Shown one piece after another: positions 1-10,228 of a stretch of DNA of 64,000 nt. The notes under the pieces were generated by a model, which saw only the letters and a program-made list of their open reading frames with translations, ran no database searches and was not told the DNA's origin. Positions within the stretch are counted from its first letter, which is position 1, and each line of letters begins with the position of its first letter. The stretch is from Brasilonema angustatum HA4187-MV1. GTDB lineage: Bacteria; Cyanobacteriota; Cyanobacteriia; Cyanobacteriales; Nostocaceae. The stretch is from assembly GCA_019359695.1 (NCBI GenBank), contig JAHHGV010000004.1, positions 98,031 through 162,030 on the forward strand. The letters run 5' to 3'. The position numbers and the translations under genes are program-made.

Positions 1-903
1 GATGCGATACGCCCTTGGCGTCTGCGCTTTGCGCAATCGCACGAAACCACTCAAAGGGCGATCGCCAAACTACAAGAATTTATTGCTTTGCGTCCAAATG
101 CGCGTGAGGTAAGGAAAGCACTAGTAGTCAAGCTGGTTTATCAAGGCTACTTGTATGAAGAAATTCAGACAATTCTAGATGTGTCACTGGGTTCAATAAC
201 AGGTTGGAAACAAGCCTACGAGCGAGATGGAATAGATGGACTGCGGTTGAATCATAAGGGAAGGAAGAGCTACTTGGGTAGCGAACAACGAGAAAAGGTG
301 TTGAGTTGGCTGCAAACAAAGGATTATTGGGAGCTTGGGGAACTGGAGTATAAACTAGCTTTCGAGTACGACGTGGTTTACGAGTCAAAACAAAGTTACT
401 ACGACTTGTTTGAAGCAGCAGGAATAAGCGCAGAAGTTAACCACAAAATTAAACCCCAAAGCAGACCAGGATGCTGTTGCAGCAAAAAAAAAGAGATTGA
501 AACACTCTTGGCAAATCACCGCAGTGAAATTGAAACAGGAAAATTGAGAGTGCTGCTAATTGATCAATGTCATTTAATGTGGGGAGACTTAAGTGGTTAT
601 GTATGGGGAAAAACTGACCTGGAAATCGCGGTTCCAGTCGTGAATGAGCGAGATAAACAGACATATTACGGAGCAGTGGACTATCTCGAACGAGAATTAC
701 TGCTCAAAGCCTACGATGCCGGAAATTCAGAAAATACTATTGATTACCTGCGATATTTGTTAACTCAGTCCCCCAACCAGCGATTACTGATTTTTTGGGA
801 TGGTGCGAGTTACCACCGCTCCAAGGCAGTTCGAGGTTTTTTGGACGAGCTTAATCAAGGTCTGCCAACCGACCAATGGAAAATACACTGCTATAAAGTT
901 TAG
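1..903 (+). mobile_element. IS630-family (Tc1/mariner-like) transposase gene remnant. The reading frame enters from upstream of the window and appears 3'-truncated, with no C-terminal LPPYSPDLNPIE-type block
   Basis: The frame of ORF 88-903 is open back to nt 1 (DAIRPWRLRFAQSHETTQRAIAKLQEFIALRPNAREV...). The N-terminus is HTH-like (VRKALVVKLVYQGYLYEEIQTILDVSLGSITGWK). Acidic blocks LLIDQCHLMWGD and LIFWDGASYHRS fit an IS630 DDE core. The A9 run at 484-492 resembles the IS630 slippery site. The stop at 903 comes before the last catalytic block expected for the family. Confidence 0.6.
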
Positions 904-2350
904 AGTAGATAGCCTGCTTTTCTTGCGAAGGCGTAAAACGCTCAGCAGTGTGAGTCAGACATTTTGCGGCTGTACCAATATCAGGATACCATCCAACTGC
1001 AACTGCTGCGAGAATCCCTGCTCCTAAACAGGTCGCTTCTGTGGTTGTAGAACGCACTATTGGTATACCAGTCACATCAGCTAAAATTTGACACCAAAGA
1101 TTGCTTGTGCTTCCACCACCCATAACGACATATTCACTAAAACGTTGGTTTGTCGCTGACATGACTGCATCCCCTACCAGTCTTTGCTCAAAGGCAATAC
1201 CTTCTAAAATCGCTCGGTAAAAATGTTCTTTACCGTGGGTACCTGTCCAACCAATGGTGATACCAGCAGCATTAGCATCCCAGTAGGGGTTCATCACGTT
1301 GTTCCAGTAAGGCACTAACATTAATCCTTCAGCACCAGGAGATAGTTTTGCTGCAGCAGTTTCAAGTATCTCTAGTGGACTGAGGTTAAGATTGCAGTTG
1401 TGTAAGTCGCTGGCAAACTTTTCTACAAACCAGGTAAGAGTAAAGACACCACCAAGAAGAACAGTTTCTAGAAAATAAGACCCTGCAATCGGTGCATACA
1501 TGGTGCGAAATGATGAATCGACAAAATACTCCTTACTGATTATACCGCTTGCTATTGCCGTACCTAAATTCAGATAAGCCCGACTATTGCCCACAGCATT
1601 AGCACCTAAACCCGCACACTGCCCGTCACCAGCACCCGCAATAACTCGTAAACCTTTAGGTAATCCTGTCGCAGCAGCACCAGTCTCGTTGACATAGCCA
1701 ATAACCTCTCCTGGCGGAACCAATTCAGCAAATTGTTGTTCTTGCAGTTCGAGTGACGTGAGTAAATCTGTTGCCCAGCAATGAGCTTCCATATTCATTG
1801 CTCCCATTGGATCAGCACAAGCCAAACTGGTACGAAAATTTCCGGTTAGGTGATACACCAAGAAGCCATGAACATCTAAGAATTTATAGGTAAGGGCAAC
1901 ATTTTCTGGTTCATGTTGGGTTAACCAGACTATCTTAGCTAAAGAAGGCGTCATAGAGACGGGTTTACCTGTCACTTGGTTGATGTATTGTCCGCCAAAT
2001 TTTTCATCTAGGAAAGCGACTTGGTTACGACTGCGTTTATCCATCCAGGCGATCGCATTGCGAACAGGTTGACCCTCCCTATCTACTGCCACAAAAGTTT
2101 CCCGCTGATGAGTTATGCAAACTGCCTCAACTTGTGATAATTTGATTTGAGTTAGTAATTGTTGTATAGCCTCGCAGGTACTATGCCACCACCGTGCCGC
2201 ATCCTGTTCGTACCAAGTTGCTTGCGGTTGTAATAGTGGATAAGATGCTTTTCCAGAAGCGACAGCTTTCCCTTGCTGGTTCCATGCGATCGCTTTACAT
2301 GCTGTTGTACTACAGTCGATGCCTATGACTAACGCGTTATTTTGAATCAT
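851..2350 (-). CDS. FGGY-family carbohydrate kinase (xylulokinase-like)
   Basis: 499-aa translation with the FGGY N-terminal block VIGIDCSTTACKAIAW and GAGDGQCAGLGANAV / MGGGSTSNLWCQILADV blocks. The last ~17 codons (851-903) are read out of the transposase remnant, so the native C-terminus may have been replaced. Confidence 0.75.
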   Translation of the reverse strand: MIQNNALVIGIDCSTTACKAIAWNQQGKAVASGKASYPLLQPQATWYEQDAARWWHSTCEAIQQLLTQIKLSQVEAVCITHQRETFVAVDREGQPVRNAIAWMDKRSRNQVAFLDEKFGGQYINQVTGKPVSMTPSLAKIVWLTQHEPENVALTYKFLDVHGFLVYHLTGNFRTSLACADPMGAMNMEAHCWATDLLTSLELQEQQFAELVPPGEVIGYVNETGAAATGLPKGLRVIAGAGDGQCAGLGANAVGNSRAYLNLGTAIASGIISKEYFVDSSFRTMYAPIAGSYFLETVLLGGVFTLTWFVEKFASDLHNCNLNLSPLEILETAAAKLSPGAEGLMLVPYWNNVMNPYWDANAAGITIGWTGTHGKEHFYRAILEGIAFEQRLVGDAVMSATNQRFSEYVVMGGGSTSNLWCQILADVTGIPIVRSTTTEATCLGAGILAAVAVGWYPDIGTAAKCLTHTAERFTPSQEKQAIYSKLYSSVFSIGRLADLD

Positions 2351-2422
2351 GATTTATGCGATTGTCGCCTGAAGATGATTTTATATTAGAATGCGACAAC
2401 TCCTCTAGGTGAGGCTTGACAT

Positions 2423-2438
2423 TGACATTAATGTCAAG
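2423..2438. promoter_or_regulatory. Perfect 16-bp palindrome TTGACATTAATGTCAA inside the divergent kinase/ATPase intergenic region. It overlaps two TTGACA -35-like hexamers. Candidate metalloregulator operator
   Basis: Read directly: cTTGACAttgacattaatgtcaagg, 36-51 nt upstream of the ATPase ATG at 2474. Confidence 0.35.
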
Positions 2439-2473
2439 GTTTAGCCTGAGAGAGTGTTGATAATTTCACTCTC

Positions 2474-4384
2474 ATGCTCTACCCACAACGTCTCACTCAA
2501 TTCACCAAAGAACATACAGAAGCTTTCGCCGCCATTTTTTGCGGAGTCCTGTTGTTTTTCGGATGGTTCGCCTTACATCTCAATTTTTTAGGATGGGCGC
2601 TGCTACTATTACCTGCAGCTTACGTTATTGGTGGTTATGAAAGCGCCCGTGAAGGACTGACAACGCTTTTCAAAGAAAAAGAACTGGATGTAGATTTGCT
2701 GATGATTGTGGCGGCTTTGGGTGCTGCGATCTTGGGCTTGTGGCAAAAGGAATACCATCTTATTCTTGATGGCGGAATCTTAATTCTCATCTTTGCGATT
2801 AGTGGGGCGCTGGAAGGCTACGCCATGCAACGAACGGAACGCAGCATCCGCTCTTTGATGAGCTTGACACAAGATACAGCAAGGGTTTTGCGTTCTGGAG
2901 GGGAGGAAATCATTTCCATCAGTCAGCTAAAGGTGGGAGACGAAATTGTTGTCAAACCAGGGGAACTCATTCCCACCGACGCAATGATTGTTTCTGGTTT
3001 GAGTACCGTTAACCAAGCTGCTATCACAGGTGAGTCCGTACCTATAGAGAAGACGGTGGGTGAGGAAGTTTTTGCAGGTACACTCAACGGCTATGGTGCG
3101 CTGAAGCTTAAAGTGCATCAACCACCAGAAAGTAGTTTACTTCAGCGTGTGATTCGTCTGGTAGAACAAGCACAAACAGAAGCACCTCCTTCTCAACAAT
3201 TTGTTGAGCGATTTGAACGGAGATATGCGCTGGTGATTGTGGTGGCTGGGTTGTTGCTGGCAATTTTACCGCCATTTGTCTTAAATTGGGACTGGGAAAC
3301 GACGATTTATCGTGCTCTTACTTTTTTGGTGGTTGCTTCTCCCTGTGCGCTGATGGCTGCAATTATGCCCACACTGCTTTCTGGGATTGCTCATGGTGCA
3401 AGACAGGGGATTTTGTTCAAAAATGGTGCCCAGTTGGAAATGATTGGTAAAGTTCGGGCGATCGCCTTCGATAAAACAGGTACTCTCACAACAGGACAAG
3501 TACAAGTCTTTCAAGTCATTCCTAGTCCTGGATATACAGAAGCAGATGTCTTAAAAGTAGCTGCATCTGTCGAATCTTCTTCCGAACATCCTATCGGTGA
3601 GGCAATTGTCCAGACCGCTCAGGATTTGGATTGGTCAAGAGCGGTTGAAGTACGAGCAATACCAGGGCAGGGAATTTTGGGTATTAACGGACACCAAGAG
3701 GTAATTGTCGGGAAAGCGGATTTTGTCAAACAGTATGTGACTCATTTACCAAGTGAGTTGAAGGATGCAGCAGACTTGCGAGAACAGGAAGGTAAAACGG
3801 TTGTTTGGGTTGCACAACAAGAGCAGGTGCTAGGTGTGATAGTGATCGCAGATCAAATCAGAGCAGAAGCAGTAAGAGCGATCGCCCATTTGAAAAAACT
3901 GGGAGTTGAGCAAATCGTCATGTTAACAGGCGATAATAAGCGCACTGCTGATAGCGTCGCCCAAGCAGTAGGAATTGAGCGAGTGTATGCAGAACTTTTA
4001 CCAGAAGATAAGCTTGATGTCATCCGTCGTTTACAAAAAGAGTATCAAACTGTGGCAATGGTGGGAGATGGTATCAATGATGCCCCAGCCTTAGCTCAAG
4101 CATCTGTGGGAATTGCGATGGGCAAGATTGGCAGTGATGTCGCATTGGAAACCGCAGATATTATATTGATGGCAGATAGATTGGAGAAAATAGAAGCAGC
4201 AATGCGTTTGGGTAAAAGAGCGCAGGCGATCGTCAAGCAGAATATTACTGTTGCTTTGGGTTTTATTGTTTTGCTTTTGGTTGGTAATTTTGTTGGGGGT
4301 ATTAACTTACCGATTGGGGTGATTGGACATGAAGGTTCTACAGTGTTGGTGACTCTGAGTGGTTTACGATTGCTGAGGAAGTGA
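2474..4384 (+). CDS. P1B-4-type heavy-metal translocating P-type ATPase (Co/Zn/Fe exporter class) with no N-terminal metal-binding domain
   Basis: SPC in TM4 (VVASPCALMAA), DKTGTLT phosphorylation site, GDGINDAPAL hinge, HEGSTVLV in the last TM helix, 636 aa with about 6 TM segments. Confidence 0.85.
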   Translation: MLYPQRLTQFTKEHTEAFAAIFCGVLLFFGWFALHLNFLGWALLLLPAAYVIGGYESAREGLTTLFKEKELDVDLLMIVAALGAAILGLWQKEYHLILDGGILILIFAISGALEGYAMQRTERSIRSLMSLTQDTARVLRSGGEEIISISQLKVGDEIVVKPGELIPTDAMIVSGLSTVNQAAITGESVPIEKTVGEEVFAGTLNGYGALKLKVHQPPESSLLQRVIRLVEQAQTEAPPSQQFVERFERRYALVIVVAGLLLAILPPFVLNWDWETTIYRALTFLVVASPCALMAAIMPTLLSGIAHGARQGILFKNGAQLEMIGKVRAIAFDKTGTLTTGQVQVFQVIPSPGYTEADVLKVAASVESSSEHPIGEAIVQTAQDLDWSRAVEVRAIPGQGILGINGHQEVIVGKADFVKQYVTHLPSELKDAADLREQEGKTVVWVAQQEQVLGVIVIADQIRAEAVRAIAHLKKLGVEQIVMLTGDNKRTADSVAQAVGIERVYAELLPEDKLDVIRRLQKEYQTVAMVGDGINDAPALAQASVGIAMGKIGSDVALETADIILMADRLEKIEAAMRLGKRAQAIVKQNITVALGFIVLLLVGNFVGGINLPIGVIGHEGSTVLVTLSGLRLLRK

Positions 4385-4425
4385 CAGGTGTAGGGTGATC
4401 GCTTTATGCAAGGCCCCACCAAATT

Positions 4426-4448
4426 GTAAATTTGGTGGTCTTGAATTA
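4426..4448 (+). terminator. Stem-loop ccaccaaatt-gta-aatttggtgg, 42 nt past the ATPase stop. No U-tract
   Basis: Perfect 10-bp inverted repeat. A second hairpin (aattagtag...ctactaatt) follows at about 4445-4480. Confidence 0.3.
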
Positions 4449-4630
4449 GTAGTGGGTTGTGTGCCCCTACTAATTATTTTCCCTACACACGCCAGATACC
4501 TCTGTCGGGAAACCCTCCTATGGCACTTCGTGCCACGCTACGCGCTTCAGTACTGGCTCACGCCACATGCCTCAACGCGCTTAACCCGCGCACGGCAGTG
4601 GCTCCCCTATACTCTTACCCCCTTACACCC

Positions 4631-6259
4631 CTAGTTTTTGACTAGTTTCAAAAGCTGAAGTTTTTCAGGATAAATCTTTTCTAGTTTGTATTTTAGTTGT
4701 TTCTCTATCTGATCAGTCAATATTTTCAAGGGAGGATTGTGGGTAGGATTATATAAAAAAACATCACTGAACTTATTAGAAATTTTCGGTAGATTTGGCT
4801 CCTTCACCAAGTAAAGCCGTACTTTTGGATTAAGCAGATAACTCAGAGATAGTTCATCACCTAAAGGCCAGGTTCCCTCACAGGAAGTGATCAAAAGTGG
4901 TTGAGAAGCTTGATTGATAATGCGGGCTACTTGTGGCATATAAATGTTAAGATCTTTAGACCACCAACTCTCTGCTTGAGAGATGATGACACAGGATAGG
5001 ACTCCAATCGAGAGCAGCGCAATCATCACAAACTGCCAGAATTTCTGTCGCCAAATGTTAATACAGGTGGGGGCAATTTGAGTTGCCAGAAGGTAACTAA
5101 CAGCTAACTGAATACCCAAAAAAGCAGGGATCAGATACCGAGCTACTCGTGTCCGCACTCCTCCCCAAATGATATCTGGCATTGCTAAAGGTAGAAATGT
5201 AGCTGCAATTAATATTATGATATATAAGCGAGCTTGCTTTGGAGCTTTACGACAAAGAAAATAAATCGAATATCCTACTAAAACTAAGATAAAAGGAATC
5301 AAAAACTTCACCATCAATTTTAAAATGGAGCCATCATTCCCCCGTTGCAAATCGTAGTCAAAATCTACAAAAAAATAGCTAAGGTTAATAACCCACTGTT
5401 TTATCATCTGTAACCGAGACATTCTAAGTTCAGATGTCCAGCCTGTTGTTTTATGAAGTTGGGTTGATTTGCTCATAATCACCAAAAGCCAAGGCGTGAA
5501 AGCTAAAAGCCCTGCCAAAACCGCTAGCAGATAAACAATCACCATCTTAGTTAATCGCAATCTTGCAGCGGCAAATACATAAATACCATGAGCAATTGTC
5601 ACCAACCCAGAAAACAGAAATGTGTATACCCCCATAACCACGGTAGCTGCATACATTCCCCAACTAAGCATAGTTTTTAGTCGCATTGCCCGTAGTAGTG
5701 TTGCGCTTGAGAGCAAAATTGTCACAGTCCACAAACCATACTGCCGTGCTTCCTGTGCATACAGTACATGAAATGGTGACACGGCTAACAGTGCAATTGC
5801 TACCCATCCCACGAGCGATGACTGAAATAATTCTATACATAACCAATAGATACAGGGAAACACCAGCAAGCTAATTAAGACAGACAAACTTCTGGTTACT
5901 GCAACTGAACCGCCAAACCATTGCACCCAAAATCGCGCCATCAGATAATACAGTGGTGGATGCTGCGGATCTTCTACTGCCAAAGAATTTATTGTATCTT
6001 TCCAGGTTTTTTCAGGAGTGATATGTTGATATTTTTGTAAATCTTCAATGCCAATTTCACGATTATTGCAGACGTCTTCAATCGCTTCTTTTTCTGTATA
6101 GCCAGAAATTCGTAAAGAGGTAAAAGTCTCATCGAACCAGTATACTTTGCGGTCAATGTTGACGAAACGAAAAAACACGCCCAATGTCAATAGAACAATG
6201 ACTAAAAATCGTAACCAACTCCGAGGGAGTGCCCAGCTATGCGAGAATCGATTGTTCAT
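4631..6259 (-). CDS. GT-C-fold glycosyltransferase (PMT/ArnT-like, GT39/GT83-type) polytopic membrane protein
   Basis: 542 aa with about 12 hydrophobic segments. A DE motif sits in the first loop (VYWFDETFT), as in PMT_2/ArnT families. Confidence 0.55.
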   Translation of the reverse strand: MNNRFSHSWALPRSWLRFLVIVLLTLGVFFRFVNIDRKVYWFDETFTSLRISGYTEKEAIEDVCNNREIGIEDLQKYQHITPEKTWKDTINSLAVEDPQHPPLYYLMARFWVQWFGGSVAVTRSLSVLISLLVFPCIYWLCIELFQSSLVGWVAIALLAVSPFHVLYAQEARQYGLWTVTILLSSATLLRAMRLKTMLSWGMYAATVVMGVYTFLFSGLVTIAHGIYVFAAARLRLTKMVIVYLLAVLAGLLAFTPWLLVIMSKSTQLHKTTGWTSELRMSRLQMIKQWVINLSYFFVDFDYDLQRGNDGSILKLMVKFLIPFILVLVGYSIYFLCRKAPKQARLYIIILIAATFLPLAMPDIIWGGVRTRVARYLIPAFLGIQLAVSYLLATQIAPTCINIWRQKFWQFVMIALLSIGVLSCVIISQAESWWSKDLNIYMPQVARIINQASQPLLITSCEGTWPLGDELSLSYLLNPKVRLYLVKEPNLPKISNKFSDVFLYNPTHNPPLKILTDQIEKQLKYKLEKIYPEKLQLLKLVKN

Positions 6260-7061
6260 AATATTGAGATAAATAACGATTTTGTGACAGATATTTTGTC
6301 ACAAATATAACTGGTAATCAAAATACCATCAATTATGTAGATCATTCAAAAAGTACTCATAACTCAGTATTATTTTTATTAAATATTGAAAGGCTGCTGT
6401 TTGACAAACAATTTTTGCTGTTGGTAGATGGTGTGAATGAACTACCCTCTGAGGAGGCGAGGGGAGATTTCATTGCTTTTTGACGGGAAAAGCCAGAGAC
6501 GCCCATAATTTTCAGTACGCGAGATTTGGGAGTGGGGGCGATGTAAACATTGCCAAGAAGCTGGAAATGCAGCCATTGATAGTTCCACCACAGTTGGGTA
6601 CTCGCCTACAAGAGTTTGGGGAAACACCACTGCTGCTGTGTATGCTGTGTTCTGTTTTCACAGGGAGGGGTAATATCAAGTCCCTTTAATTAGTTATTAT
6701 TTGGAACATCTGTGCGAAGATTGTAAAATCCTCTCTCCCTGCTAAGCGTGAGATCTTAATGATAAGTCTTTTACCGCACATGATATGACTGCTTACTTCT
6801 GCTGTAAACTTAACTTACTTGCCCATTGAAGCGCTGCTGAAGTAATCACTGATATATACGCGCTTTGGCGGTGGCTGGGTCAACTGTGGTACTGTTAGTG
6901 GGTGTCGGGGTTTTGTATCACAGTTTGCGTCGTAATTCGTCAGGGAATGTAGTGAGTATGGGTGGCTGAATTTGGGAGTGGAAGCAAATGCATAAGTTGC
7001 TTTGATTCACAACTATAGAAGCATTAGAAGAAACTATTCGTAATCAAATAAGGATGTACTA

Positions 7062-7319
7062 ATGTCAGGTACTTTAACTCTCAGGAACAATACAATTTTG
7101 AAGCAAGATCCCACTTTTCAGGACAAAGAACAGGTTACACGTCAAGCAAATGAAAAAATTCCATTTTCGTGGATAGAAATTAAAGATTATAAGGGGATAT
7201 CGTTTGGTCAACACCAGCACTTGGAAGTGCATCTCGACGGTAATGGAATTGTGTCTGACCAGGGCAACTCTAGACAAACCTGGTTCGTTAATACCAAGGA
7301 TGTAGCCAGAATAGACTAA
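7062..7319 (+). CDS. Hypothetical small protein (85 aa)
   Basis: AAGGA lies 8 nt upstream of the ATG. No recognisable motif. Confidence 0.3.
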   Translation: MSGTLTLRNNTILKQDPTFQDKEQVTRQANEKIPFSWIEIKDYKGISFGQHQHLEVHLDGNGIVSDQGNSRQTWFVNTKDVARID

Positions 7320-7727
7320 AGGCAACAATTGTGTGGGCAGAACAATTTTGTTCTCCCACGTTGTCTTTGACGCCATCTACGGAAATATCCGATACCTATC
7401 CCGTGGGTAAAATTCATCTGCACGTAGCGTGTAGCTATTGTTTGTATCTATTTATACAGCACTACTGAGCAGTTTTTAACGGAAATTCCTGTAACTTTAT
7501 TTAACAATCTAGCAAGCCGATGCTGATTTTTATAAGATAAATTTATCATAATTAACTCGCAAAATTTCATTACTAATCGAGTTCAATTTCTGGTTACATC
7601 CTTTTATTTTTCTCGTAGTATCAAAGGTGAAGCTAATTATAACTCGCGGCTATTCTGACAAGAAAAGCCGTAATTTTTGCTTCAGGATAACTTATACCGT
7701 CCATTTGCAAAAGAGAGAACTACGAAA

Positions 7728-8027
7728 ATGGCAACTTACAAAGTAACACTGATCAACGAAGCTGAAGGGCTGAAGGAAACAATTGACGTTGAGGACGATA
7801 CTTATATTCTAGACGCTGCTGAAGAAGCTGGTCTTGACCTGCCCTACTCTTGCCGCGCTGGTGCTTGCTCTACCTGTGCTGGTCTGATCAAAGAAGGTGA
7901 GGTTGACCAAAGTGACCAATCATTCTTGGACGATGACCAGATTCAATCTGGGTACGTGCTAACCTGTGTCGCTTATCCAAAGTCTGACTGTACCATCGAA
8001 ACCCATCAGGAAGAGGAACTTTATTAA
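7728..8027 (+). CDS. petF: Plant-type [2Fe-2S] ferredoxin
   Basis: [14 protein letters not shown]...[11 protein letters not shown]...LTCVAYP is nearly identical in pattern to Anabaena vegetative ferredoxin. The start was moved to ATG 7728 inside ORF 7677-8027. Confidence 0.9.
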   Translation: MATYKVTLINEAEGLKETIDVEDDTYILDAAEEAGLDLPYSCRAGACSTCAGLIKEGEVDQSDQSFLDDDQIQSGYVLTCVAYPKSDCTIETHQEEELY

Positions 8028-8051
8028 AAGTTAGGGTTCTGAAAAATTAAC

Positions 8052-8068
8052 CTCTTGCAAGAGTTTTT
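8052..8068 (+). terminator. Small palindrome CTCTTGCAAGAG followed by T5, 25 nt after the petF stop
   Basis: Seen directly. Short stem, so a weak intrinsic terminator candidate. Confidence 0.35.
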
Positions 8069-8382
8069 GATGTCGTACAGACACAAAAGGAAAAGAAGCA
8101 GAACTAACAACACAAATCATTTTGCGCTGTGTCTGCTCCAACACCTACTTTGGCATTAAGTCTAGATTCAGGTTCTATAAGCAGGAGCAGAGGGTGTCCC
8201 ACGTTCCTGCTTTATTTGCCTAATTCTAGCAATCAGCTACTGACAAATATAACAAAGCTAACTTTGTTAATTATCCGTAAATTATTTGACTATCTAAGGG
8301 AACGCTTAATAGGTGAGACTAGCCCCCCCGTCTTGGTGAGTCCAATTGCCGTCTTGGACGCCACTTCCTACCCTACGGGAAG

Positions 8383-8530
8383 CCGCTAGCCCCTAAGGGG
8401 GCTAGCGGAACCGGAGGTTCTCCCCGATAGCCCTCCGGGGAAGACCTCCGGTCTCGCTGCGCTAACGCCAGTCGCCTGCGGAGGGAAACCCTACCAAGAG
8501 CGCTGGTCTCACCGTAAGGCGTGGCGTTAG
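8383..8530. repeat. GC-rich nested-palindrome dispersed repeat (cyanobacterial SDR/MITE-like)
   Basis: gctagcccctaagggggctagc, ccggaggttctcc...ggagaacctccgg-like arms and gctaacgcca...tggcgttagc inverted repeats. It shares the GCTAGCCCCTAAGGGGGC core with the element at 37150. Confidence 0.55.
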
Positions 8531-8632
8531 CCATAGGGGAACATCAAATGTTATGAGTCTTATAGTCTACTCCACAAAAAAGCCTCAGTTACCTTCCAAG
8601 GGGGAAAGAGGCTCTTGAGTATAACTAATAAC

Positions 8633-10228
8633 TCAGTTCGTTCCCGAAATCCCGTTGCCGAGAATTTGAATTTTAGTTCCAGGATAGTAGAATTGGAGAA
8701 TTTTCTGATTCTCCCAACCTAGTTGAGCGAGATTTTGAGCACCTACTTGACTCAAGCCAACTCCATGTCCTAAACCGCCACCAACAAAGGCATATCCCCA
8801 TAGTTCTGATTCACCTTTATTTAAGGGTTGTAAGTAAAACAGTGTGCTCACAGGAGCGGCAAAGGCACTGCGAACCTCGTCTTTATGTAAAGAAAAGGTG
8901 CCAATATCTGTTTTGACATCAAGTTTAAGAATGCGTCCGCTCTTGCTTCTCTCTACAACTTTCATATCTCTGATACTTTTGAACTTTGCGTAGGGACTGT
9001 TTTTCACTTTCAGAAATTTTTGTAAATCCTTGGTAATATCTTTCAAGCTAGATTCCTTACGCCAACGGAACAAGTCTTTCTGGCTTTCGTTAAATCCGAT
9101 TTTGAGACTGATAAACCGTTGAAATTGGTTTTCATCCGCTAAATTCTGCCCAGACAAGTTCCATACATTATCGCTCGGAGCATCTATGATGGGCTGCAGA
9201 TAAGGACGATCATCACCATTCCAGACATCGCTAAAAGAAGCAGTGACACCGCCAGTCGTAGAAGAATATAGGGCATCTACAAGATTGTTTCTGTATGTGA
9301 GAACCATACCCCGCGTTGTTGCGATCGCCCGATCTGTGTTCGGTGTCACTCCACTCAACCCATAATACACCTGGCAGTGAGTATCTGCAGATAATTGATA
9401 CCCATCTATTGCAAATCTATGTAAATTTCGCAGGGCATAAGTCCGGGCCAGAACCGCTTGTGCTTCCATTGCTGCAGTTGGGGCTGAAGCACCAATTTCA
9501 TACGGCACTACTCCACGCAAGTATGTTTCTAAAGGCACTTCGTTAATGAGAGTATAAGTACCGTAAGCATTTGGCTGCAACTTCATCCGTCCAGCGTAAA
9601 GATGTGCTTTCTCTGGTTTTTTAGTTTCGTTGACACGAATCAAATTTTTATCGCTACTAATTTCCAAATTATCTAAGTTGTAGCGTTTACCATTCAATTG
9701 CCAAGTGACTCGCGGTACACTTTGTAAAACTTGGCTATCTACAAAAGCAGTCTTCTGAACTGCAGATTCTACAGTCGAAAGAAGCAAACGTCTGAGTAAG
9801 GGAGTGTTATACACATCGCGCTTGGCCCAAACTTGCCAGCGTTCTGGTTGGGCTATTTCTACCTCTATTCCCTTATCACGCCAGTGTTTGGCACTGTCTT
9901 CGGCTGTTTCGTAAGTGCGGTAAGTGCCCAGCACAACCCTTTCCTTGACGACTGCTACCGGTAAAGCTTGCATCAAGACTTCCAGTTTCACTGGGTTGGT
10001 GGTCACTACGGTTTCCTGACGCTTACCATCTTGAAATTTCAGCCTCAAGCGATCGCCTTTGGTAGGTTCTAATTCTAACTGTTCTGTGGAATTATCTCCA
10101 AATCGCTGCACTATGCCAATCCTGATTTCCACATCTTTTGTGCTGCTAGCAGGACCAGAGGCTCCTGTCAGACCTAATAAACAAAATGTGGTCAGTACGG
10201 TGTAAGAAATACGCCAGATAATTTTCAT
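8633..10228 (-). CDS. SpoIID/LytB-domain secreted protein (cell-wall amidase-enhancer family)
   Basis: Signal peptide followed by a C-terminal SpoIID-type block YAFVGGGLGHGVGLSQVGAQNLA. Confidence 0.7.
   Translation of the reverse strand: MKIIWRISYTVLTTFCLLGLTGASGPASSTKDVEIRIGIVQRFGDNSTEQLELEPTKGDRLRLKFQDGKRQETVVTTNPVKLEVLMQALPVAVVKERVVLGTYRTYETAEDSAKHWRDKGIEVEIAQPERWQVWAKRDVYNTPLLRRLLLSTVESAVQKTAFVDSQVLQSVPRVTWQLNGKRYNLDNLEISSDKNLIRVNETKKPEKAHLYAGRMKLQPNAYGTYTLINEVPLETYLRGVVPYEIGASAPTAAMEAQAVLARTYALRNLHRFAIDGYQLSADTHCQVYYGLSGVTPNTDRAIATTRGMVLTYRNNLVDALYSSTTGGVTASFSDVWNGDDRPYLQPIIDAPSDNVWNLSGQNLADENQFQRFISLKIGFNESQKDLFRWRKESSLKDITKDLQKFLKVKNSPYAKFKSIRDMKVVERSKSGRILKLDVKTDIGTFSLHKDEVRSAFAAPVSTLFYLQPLNKGESELWGYAFVGGGLGHGVGLSQVGAQNLAQLGWENQKILQFYYPGTKIQILGNGISGTN

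Noticed and set aside
800-1027. 75-aa ORF that could have been a frameshifted continuation of the IS630 transposase
   Set aside because: Its translation shows none of the conserved C-terminal IS630 residues. It is antisense to the kinase C-terminus, so the transposase is treated as truncated rather than frameshifted.
4395-4645. Two overlapping plus-strand ORFs (79 and 62 aa) after the ATPase gene
   Set aside because: The region is a hairpin-rich GC-biased intergenic segment with no start context, and the ORFs overlap each other in different frames.
8129-8389. 86-aa ORF running into the GC-rich SDR element. The same applies to ORF 37235-37531 inside the 37150-37560 repeat cluster
   Set aside because: Both lie within or across palindromic repeat elements, have no RBS and a Pro/Arg/Ser-biased composition typical of GC-repeat translation.
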